Shown: one piece after another, positions 58,120 to 64,000 of the stretch | How positions within the stretch are numbered: the stretch's first letter is position 1 | Layout of the letters: each line of letters opens with the position of its first letter | Assembly: GCA_963791285.1 (NCBI GenBank) | Contig: CAWBSC010000023.1 | Location: forward strand, 259,818 to 323,817 | Direction of reading: 5' to 3' | Source of the DNA: an uncultured delta proteobacterium | GTDB lineage: Bacteria; Desulfobacterota; Desulfobacteria; Desulfobacterales; SpSt-501 | Length of the DNA stretch: 64,000 nucleotides | Program-made: the position numbers and the translations under genes | Notes under the pieces: model-generated | Databases searched by the model: none | What the model was told of the DNA's origin: nothing | What the model saw: only the letters and a program-made list of their open reading frames with translations

Positions 58120-58401
58120 TCAGAACGAACCAAACGGCCGCACCAGGACCTTCAACTGCTCCCGGCGGGCGAACTCGTCCGCGTGGGCCTGGGCGGCTTG
58201 GCGGCTGGGGAAGTCGCCCACCCGCACCGTGTGCCAGGTGCGGTTCTGGCCATCGCGGATCTCGAAGATGTAGGCCCGCACCCCCTTCTCCGTCAGCTTG
58301 GCGACCAGCTGCCGCGCGTTTTCAGGCTGCCGGAAGGCACCCACCTGCACGGAATGGGTCATGCGTGCAGGGGCAGGCGCAGGGGGCCGGGATGCCTGCA
58401 C
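58120..58401 (-). CDS. SPOR (peptidoglycan-binding) domain ORF, probably the frameshifted C-terminus of the ExeA-like gene
   Basis: The SPOR pattern is SVQVGAFRQPENARQLVAKL...VRVGDFPSRQAAQAHADEF. Its reading frame stays open upstream through the Pro-rich linker of ORF 58359..59450. Confidence 0.65.
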   Translation of the reverse strand: MQASRPPAPAPARMTHSVQVGAFRQPENARQLVAKLTEKGVRAYIFEIRDGQNRTWHTVRVGDFPSRQAAQAHADEFARREQLKVLVRPFGSF

Positions 58402-59450
58402 GACCTTAGGCGGTGGCGGGGATCGGGCCGGGGGGGCGGGGGGAACTCCGGCAGTGGCTCGACGGGCGGGGGCGGCGCCGGGGTTGGCTCGGGTGTGGCC
58501 GGCAGGGACAGCACCACCGGTTCGCTGGCGACCGGCGGCACAGGGGCTTCGTTTCGCCGAGCGAAGTAGACGCCGGCGACGAGAATCAGGCCCCCCACCA
58601 GGCCGGCCGCCGCCGCCGTGAAGAGGAAACGCCCGCGGCGCTGCCGGTCGGGCTCCTTTGAGAATTCGCCCGTGGCCTCCTCGGCGAGCTCACGGCCGAT
58701 GGCGCCGGCCTGGCGGCTGCGCGCCAAGCCTAATGCGGTGGCACAGACCCGGTTGATGAGCCGGGGGTTGCCCTGCGTGTGCCTGAAGACCACCTCCGCG
58801 GCCTCCCGCGTAAACCCCGGGGCCTCGCCGTCTGCGTGGAGGTCCATGCGCTGGCGGATGTAGACCGCAGTCTCGTCCTCCGTGAGCGGGCCGATTTCGT
58901 AGCAGACCGAAACGCGCTGCCCCATCTGCCGCAGCTCGCGCGAGTCGAGCAGTTCGAGCAGCCCCGGTTCGCCGGCCAGGACGATCTGGATCAGCTTCTC
59001 GCGTGTGGTTTCGAGGTTCGAGATCAGCCGGACCTGCTCGAGGACCTCAGCGGGCAGGGTCTGGGCGTCGTCGATGAAGACCATGACCTTTCGGCCGGCA
59101 ACCCGCTGCTGCATCAGGAAGCGGTTCAGACCGTCGATCAGGTCCTTGGTGCTCTCGCCGACGGTCTCCAACCCGAACTGCCGGGTGATATGCCGCAGGA
59201 GCTCCCCCGACGTCTGCTGGGAACCCGAGAGATAGGCCACCGCCGCCTGCGCCGGCGCCAGCCCGCTCACGAACGCGCGGCAGGCGCTGGTTTTCCCGAC
59301 TCCCCGCTCTCCGGTGATGACCGTGAAGCCTTCGCCTTCCGTCAGCGCGTAGCTCAGGTGGGCGGCCGCCTCCTGCTGGTGCCGACCGACGAAATAGTGG
59401 GCGATATCGAAGCTCGAGGCGAACGGGTTATCGCGAGCGGGGGGATCCAT
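58359..59450 (-). CDS. ExeA/GspA-like AAA ATPase with TM segment and Pro-rich linker
   Basis: Walker A GERGVGKTS, Walker B VMVFIDDAQ, and the family motif GNPRLINRVC. These are followed by the TM helix FLFTAAAAGLVGGLILVAGVYF and a PxP linker. Confidence 0.8.
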   Translation of the reverse strand: MDPPARDNPFASSFDIAHYFVGRHQQEAAAHLSYALTEGEGFTVITGERGVGKTSACRAFVSGLAPAQAAVAYLSGSQQTSGELLRHITRQFGLETVGESTKDLIDGLNRFLMQQRVAGRKVMVFIDDAQTLPAEVLEQVRLISNLETTREKLIQIVLAGEPGLLELLDSRELRQMGQRVSVCYEIGPLTEDETAVYIRQRMDLHADGEAPGFTREAAEVVFRHTQGNPRLINRVCATALGLARSRQAGAIGRELAEEATGEFSKEPDRQRRGRFLFTAAAAGLVGGLILVAGVYFARRNEAPVPPVASEPVVLSLPATPEPTPAPPPPVEPLPEFPPPPRPDPRHRLRSCRHPGPLRLPLHA

Positions 59451-59605
59451 CCCGATCCTTCGGTTTGGGCGTCAGGGGGTGATCGGTTGCGAGGATGCAC
59501 CACAGGCCAGCGGATGTCAACCGGGCGCAGTTGCAGTCGGCGCCTGGGTCCGGTATAAGAGGGCGGCACCGCGAGCACGTTCGCCCACCCGAAGGAGGTC
59601 AGGCC

Positions 59606-60154
59606 ATGTTCATGGATCTGTTGAGGAGACGCCGCAGCATACGCCGGTTCACGGACCAGCCGGTCGAGCCGGAGAAGATCGACCTGCTGGTGGAGGCGGC
59701 CCTGCGGGCTCCTTCTTCCCGCGGGGTCAACCCCTGGGAGTTCGTGGTCGTGACCGACCGCGCCATGCTCGCCCGTTTGGCGCAGGCCAAGGAGCACGGC
59801 TCCGCGTTCCTGAAGGATGCCCCGCTCGGGCTCATCGTGTGCGCGGATTCGCGGAAATCAGACGTCTGGGTGGAGGACGCGTCGATCGCCACGATCATCG
59901 TCCAGCTGGCGGCCGCATCGCTCGGCCTCGGCAGCTGCTGGATCCAGATCCGCCAGCGCCCGCACACGAAAGACCGGGCGGCCCAGGATTACGTCGCGGA
60001 GTTGCTGAACCTGCCGCCGGGGGTGATGGTCGAGGCGGTCGTGGCGGTCGGGTACCCGGCCGAAGGCAAATCCGCCCACCCCCAGGACGCGCTGCTCTGG
60101 TTGCAGGCCCACCGCGGCCTCTTCGGCCGGCCCTACGGCAAGCCCGGGGCCTGA
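59606..60154 (+). CDS. nitroreductase-family protein
   Basis: 182 aa (MFMDLLRRRRSIRRFTDQPVEPEKI...APSSRGVNPWEF). GAAGGAGG RBS is present. Confidence 0.85.
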   Translation: MFMDLLRRRRSIRRFTDQPVEPEKIDLLVEAALRAPSSRGVNPWEFVVVTDRAMLARLAQAKEHGSAFLKDAPLGLIVCADSRKSDVWVEDASIATIIVQLAAASLGLGSCWIQIRQRPHTKDRAAQDYVAELLNLPPGVMVEAVVAVGYPAEGKSAHPQDALLWLQAHRGLFGRPYGKPGA

Positions 60155-60161
60155 GCGCGCC

Positions 60162-61301
60162 ATGTTCGCCTACCAGCAGAACCAGCGTTACTTCGCCCAG
60201 GCGGCCGAAGGCTTGGAGGAGTCGAGCGCGGAAGAGCTGCGCGGGCTGGGCGCCCGCGACCTAAGCCCCTCCTACCGCGGCCTCTATTTCGCCGCGGACC
60301 AGCCGAGCCTCTACCGCATCACCTACCGCAGCCGGCTGACCACCCGCATCCTGGCACCGCTCGCGGCGTTCCCCTGCCACTCGACCGACTACATGTACCG
60401 CAAGGCCAAGCTGATCCCCTGGAAGGAGATCATGGGGGTGGATCAGACCCTGGCGGTGTTCGCGAACCTCTCCAACAGCAAGATCCGCCACTCTCAGTAC
60501 GCCGCGCTCTGCCTCAAGGACGCGGTCGTGGACTACTTCCGGGAGGACTGCGGCCGGCGGCCGAACGTGGAGCGGACCGACCCGGACGTGTGGCTCAACG
60601 TCTTCGTGGACAGCAACCGCGCAGTCATCAGCCTGGACGTGTCGGGCGGGTCGCTGCACCGCAGAGGCTACCGGCGGGAGGCCGTCGAGGCTCCCATGCA
60701 GGAGACGGTGGCCGCAGCCATCGTGCGGTGGACCGAGTGGGAGGGCGCCCAGACGCTGGTCGACCCGATGTGCGGCTCCGGAACCCTGCTGGCCGAAGCG
60801 CTGATGCACTACTGCCGCATCCCCGCCGGCTACCTGCGCTCCCGCTTCGGGTTCGAACGGATGCCGGACTTCGACCGGGCCGCCTGGGATGAGGTGCGGG
60901 AAGCCGAGAACCGCCTGATGCGGCCGCTCCCGGAGGGGTTGATCGCAGGCAGCGACATCGCCGCCGACGCGGTGGCGCTCGCCGCCGAGAACCTGCGCCG
61001 ACTCCCCCACGGGGCCTCCGTCCGCGTGCAGCGCACGGAATACCAGCGCCGGCAGGACCTGGGCGGCCGGGTCATCGCCTGCAACCCGCCCTACGGCATC
61101 CGCCTGAAGCAGCCCGGCGGCATGGAAGGTTTTTATCGAGAGCTCGGCGACTTCCTGAAACACAGCTGCCAGGGCTCGACGGCCTTCATCTACTTCGGCG
61201 ACCGCGCGATGCTCAAGCACATCGGCCTGAAGCCGTCCTGGAAGCGGCCGCTCAAGAACGGCGGGCTCGACGGTCGGCTGGCCAAATTCGAAATGTATTA
61301 G
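60162..61301 (+). CDS. THUMP-domain class I SAM-dependent RNA methyltransferase (RlmL/COG0116-like)
   Basis: 379 aa with the SAM motif DPMCGSGTLLAEA and the catalytic NPPYG. Confidence 0.8.
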   Translation: MFAYQQNQRYFAQAAEGLEESSAEELRGLGARDLSPSYRGLYFAADQPSLYRITYRSRLTTRILAPLAAFPCHSTDYMYRKAKLIPWKEIMGVDQTLAVFANLSNSKIRHSQYAALCLKDAVVDYFREDCGRRPNVERTDPDVWLNVFVDSNRAVISLDVSGGSLHRRGYRREAVEAPMQETVAAAIVRWTEWEGAQTLVDPMCGSGTLLAEALMHYCRIPAGYLRSRFGFERMPDFDRAAWDEVREAENRLMRPLPEGLIAGSDIAADAVALAAENLRRLPHGASVRVQRTEYQRRQDLGGRVIACNPPYGIRLKQPGGMEGFYRELGDFLKHSCQGSTAFIYFGDRAMLKHIGLKPSWKRPLKNGGLDGRLAKFEMY

Positions 61302-61370
61302 CAGGCCGTTAAAATTTCCAGCACCCCTTAGCAGCCATCCGCCCGAAGTTCCCCGATGGCCGGAACGCGC

Positions 61371-61682
61371 TTAACCCTTCCAGTAGTCCGTGACCTCAAA
61401 CACCCGGCGCTTGATCTCGCCGATGAATCGGGGAAGTTTCCTGCCGTCCTCGGCCGCGAGCGCCCGCTCCGGGGAGTTCAGCGCCGCCTCCATCTCCGTG
61501 CGGCTGTCGAAATACAATTCGGCTATCTGGTAGAGGTCGTCGCCGGGCTGCCCCCGGCTGAGCACGATGCGCCTGATCCGAGGCCAGCGGACAACGAGCG
61601 GCAGATGGTGGTCCCGATAGTACGTGTCGAAAGCGGCGGGGTCCTCGGGCTTGCCGTAGTAGAAGACGCAGAACTTGACCAT
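61371..61682 (-). CDS. EthD-family protein
   Basis: 103 aa (MVKFCVFYYGKPEDPAAFDTYYRDHHLPLV...), a typical EthD/TIGR02118 pattern. Confidence 0.75.
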   Translation of the reverse strand: MVKFCVFYYGKPEDPAAFDTYYRDHHLPLVVRWPRIRRIVLSRGQPGDDLYQIAELYFDSRTEMEAALNSPERALAAEDGRKLPRFIGEIKRRVFEVTDYWKG

Positions 61683-61742
61683 TCGACTCCCTCTCTTCCC
61701 GATCAGGTCGACTTTTCTCTCCGATAGCCCGGGCCGGGCCCC

Positions 61743-62252
61743 TCACAGATCCGGGTGCAGCTCCACGCGGCGGTTCTGGGCGCGCCCCTCGGCCGTGTCG
61801 TTGGCGGCGACGGGGTACGCGGCACCGAACCCCATGGCGCGGATGCGCTCGGGCGCAATCCCCTGCTTGACGAGATAGTCGCGCACGGCCCTGGCCCTGG
61901 CGTCCGAGAGCTTCCGATTGAGCTCGAGCGAACCCGTGTTGTCCGTGTAACCGCGCACCTCGCCCGTCATCGCGGGGTTCATCTTCAAAATTTCCACCAC
62001 CTCGTCCAGGACTTCGGGGTTCTTGATCACGGCCTTGCCGACATCGAAATTGACGTCGCGCAGCTCCCAGCAGCCGATGGCATTGACTTTGACGCCTTTG
62101 GGCGTGTTCGGACACTTGTCGATGTCGTCCGGCACCCCGTCGCCGTCGGAGTCCGGGACCGTGGCGGGGGCCGGGGCCGGTGTCCCGGCACAGCCCGCGA
62201 ACGACATGACCAGGGATACTGCGAGAATGGCTGCCGCGAGTTGCTTGTACAT
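61743..62252 (-). CDS. OmpA-family peptidoglycan-binding lipoprotein with thrombospondin type-3 repeat
   Basis: 169 aa with lipobox SFAGC and a calcium-binding repeat (DSDGDGVPDDIDKCP). The OmpA_C motif is GYTDNTGSLELNRKLSDARARAV...NRRVEL. Confidence 0.85.
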   Translation of the reverse strand: MYKQLAAAILAVSLVMSFAGCAGTPAPAPATVPDSDGDGVPDDIDKCPNTPKGVKVNAIGCWELRDVNFDVGKAVIKNPEVLDEVVEILKMNPAMTGEVRGYTDNTGSLELNRKLSDARARAVRDYLVKQGIAPERIRAMGFGAAYPVAANDTAEGRAQNRRVELHPDL

Positions 62253-62397
62253 TCGTCCATCCCTTTCAATGCGAAATTGTCTGGAGACCGCCAAGACCGT
62301 CACACAGATCATCCTACCGTTCAGCCCTACTTTGCAAGAGACCACATAGACATGGGCAAGCGATATTTCGGAGGGAAAGTCTGAAACGGACCGGCGG

Positions 62398-63361
62398 TCA
62401 GCGGTAGAGCAGAAAATACCCGACCGCGGCCGCCGCCAGGGACGCGCCGAGCAACGCGACCGGCCGCCAGTTCCTCTCCGGCGCGTCCGGGGCCGTGGTC
62501 GAGCATTCGGCTGCCGCGGCCGCCTCCCCCGTGGCCGGCACGTCATCGAGACCCAGCGCCACCGACAGGTCCCGGCTGCACTCCCGGACGGTCCGACGTC
62601 GATCCGCTCGAGATCGGCCCCGTAACCGTAGAGCAACGCGTGGTCGCAGACGATATTGACCAGGCGCGGGTAGCCCTGCGACAACCGGTGAACTTCGCTG
62701 ATGGCCTCCCGCGTGAACAGGGGCGTGTCCCTCCCGGCCACCTTGAGCCGGTGCTCGATGTAGCTCGGGTTTCGCCCCGGTGAGGGGTTCGAGGTGATAG
62801 TGCGCGGCGATGTTTGACGAGCCCTGGGCATTCTCTTCCGGCTGCAGGAGCCGGTTGAGCTCGAGCTGGCCGACGAAGAAGACCTTGAGCGGCGTGCGGC
62901 CGGATAGCTTTGAGATCAGACAGGCTCCGCGGTTTTCTCGAAAACCTCCGGTTTCAGTCGCTGGGCCTCGTCGACGATGACGAGCACGTTCCGGCAGGAT
63001 CGAAAACGCCGGCAGGAGAAAGCGACTCGAGCGCCGCAACGAAATCTCGCGCAACTGCCGAATCGGCGCCCCATTTTAATTCGGACCGCCAGGGCATTGC
63101 AGAAATCGAGAGCCGAGAGGTCCGGGTCGTCTACGGTGAGGAAAATGGCGGCGACACCGTCCAGCCGAGCCATCCCCTGGATCAGGCTGGTCTTCCCCGT
63201 CCCGACGTCGCCGGTCAGCAGCAGGCAGCCGTCCCGCCCGCGAGGATGCCGCGTTTGAAGGCTGCGAGGGCCTTGGCGTGATTGCCGCTCAGCCAGAGAA
63301 ACTGCGGGTCCGGGCTGATGCTGAACGGCGGTTGGTTCAAACCGAAATGCTGCAGGTACAT
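62398..63361 (-). pseudogene. second ExeA/GspA-like AAA ATPase gene, heavily frameshifted
   Basis: Family peptides are spread over three frames: MYLQHFGLNQPPFSISPDPQFLWLS, LLLTGDVGTGKTSLIQ, NVLVIVDEAQRL, LKVFFVGQLELNRLL, IAAHYHLEPLT, YIEHRLKVAG...GYPRLVNIVCDHALLYG, and the C-terminal TM segment VALLGASLAAAAVGYFLLY. Confidence 0.75.
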
Positions 63362-63587
63362 AATGCTCCCTTCGTGCGCAAGACGCCTGCCCTTCCGGCG
63401 CGAACCGCTCTCTGGCCCTCCGGGCACCTGTGGCAGTCGATGTGGATGCTGTCGAAGTAAATAGGACGGATCGCGTCATGATTTCAAGCGGGCTGTCCGT
63501 CCGAGCGCTCCCCGCTTGCCGTCGCTTTGACCTCATGCACGTTTTATACTAAATTGATTTCATCACCCCAATCATGGAAGACCGATC

Positions 63588-63923
63588 ATGACGTTCAAAC
63601 GCAGCTTCACTCCTGACCCCTCGCCCAGCGAACGGCGTTCGGGCTTGAACCGCCGCTGGATCAAGGCCCCATACGACGGGGTCGACCGCCGCAGCCGGCA
63701 GGATCGACGCGGAGAACCCGCATTCGAAGAACTCGTCGCCGCCGCCGACTCCGACCCTGGGCATGACGAATCGCTCGAAGCGCTGCTCGTCTCCACCTCC
63801 GTGCGCCTCGAGGCCCTGGCCCGGCTCCTGATCCAGAAGGGCGTCCTGAGCCACCAGGAGCTGGCCGACGCGCTCCGCGCCATGCAGCAGGAATACGAGC
63901 GCCCCCGGCTCAAAAAAGAATGA
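63588..63923 (+). CDS. hypothetical Arg-rich small protein
   Basis: 111 aa. The N-terminal half has repeated (E/D)RR(S/G) motifs (ERRSGLNRR, DRRSRQDRRG) and the C-terminal half is helical. Its stop overlaps the next ATG (ATGA). Confidence 0.5.
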   Translation: MTFKRSFTPDPSPSERRSGLNRRWIKAPYDGVDRRSRQDRRGEPAFEELVAAADSDPGHDESLEALLVSTSVRLEALARLLIQKGVLSHQELADALRAMQQEYERPRLKKE

Positions 63924-64000
63924 CGGCCACCCATCCCTCGATGCGCATTCTTCTGACCGGCGGCGAGGGCCAGCTCGGCACCGAGCTGATCGCCCAAGCA
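63920..64000 (+). CDS. rfbD: dTDP-4-dehydrorhamnose reductase-like NAD(P)-binding protein, 5-prime partial
   Basis: MTATHPSMRILLTGGEGQLGTELIAQA is a Rossmann GxxGxxG N-terminus typical of RfbD/RmlD. It is truncated by the window end. Confidence 0.5.
   Translation, partial: MTATHPSMRILLTGGEGQLGTELIAQA

Overview
This is a GC-rich (roughly 65% by eye) bacterial chromosomal window. Gene content suggests a Desulfobacterota/deltaproteobacterium-like anaerobe, but that is inference only. All calls come from reading the sequence and the ORF track by eye; no searches, alignments or folding programs were run.

Layout:
- 0.4-2.9 kb: two convergent PEP-CTERM secreted-protein genes.
- 3.5-4.7 kb: a radical-SAM methylthiotransferase.
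- 4728-6369 and 27506-29147: two about 99% identical IS5/IS1182-type insertion sequences in inverted orientation. They bracket 21 kb of housekeeping genes: tRNA-Cys, tRNA-Gly, pgsA, folK, dapF, argD, hslUV, xerC, nfeD/stomatin and udg.
- 18.8-24 kb: a stretch of indel-damaged accessory genes (UDP-glucuronate decarboxylase, cfa, an MBL hydrolase, an aminotransferase).
- 29.3-38.3 kb: azlCD, a YhaO/YhaN-type SbcCD-like pair, terC, and a rhodanese/ferritin-like gene followed by a peroxiredoxin-like gene carrying an in-frame TGA.
- 38.3-44 kb: a TTT transporter with an IlvD/Edd dehydratase and an RraA-like aldolase.
- 44.2-56.2 kb: two mirror-image TRAP transporter operons. Each includes a large URO-D-like methyltransferase fused to a corrinoid-binding module, with a GntR-DctP fusion regulator and a LacI regulator between them.
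- 56.4-58.1 kb: tRNA-Arg(CCT) followed by a 1.6-kb low-GC islet of gene remnants.
- 58.1-64 kb: ExeA-like ATPases with peptidoglycan-binding partners and assorted small genes.

Most interesting:
1. A probable selenocysteine UxxC peroxiredoxin-like protein with a SECIS-like hairpin.
2. The TRAP plus corrinoid-methyltransferase locus, a candidate uptake-coupled demethylation system with unknown substrate.
3. Indels, often in compensating pairs, concentrated in a few accessory genes.
4. A family of 115-150 nt palindromic MITE-like repeats.
5. G/T-rich, G-quadruplex-capable tracts placed at gene ends.

No CRISPR array, rRNA, prophage or recognisable defence system was seen.
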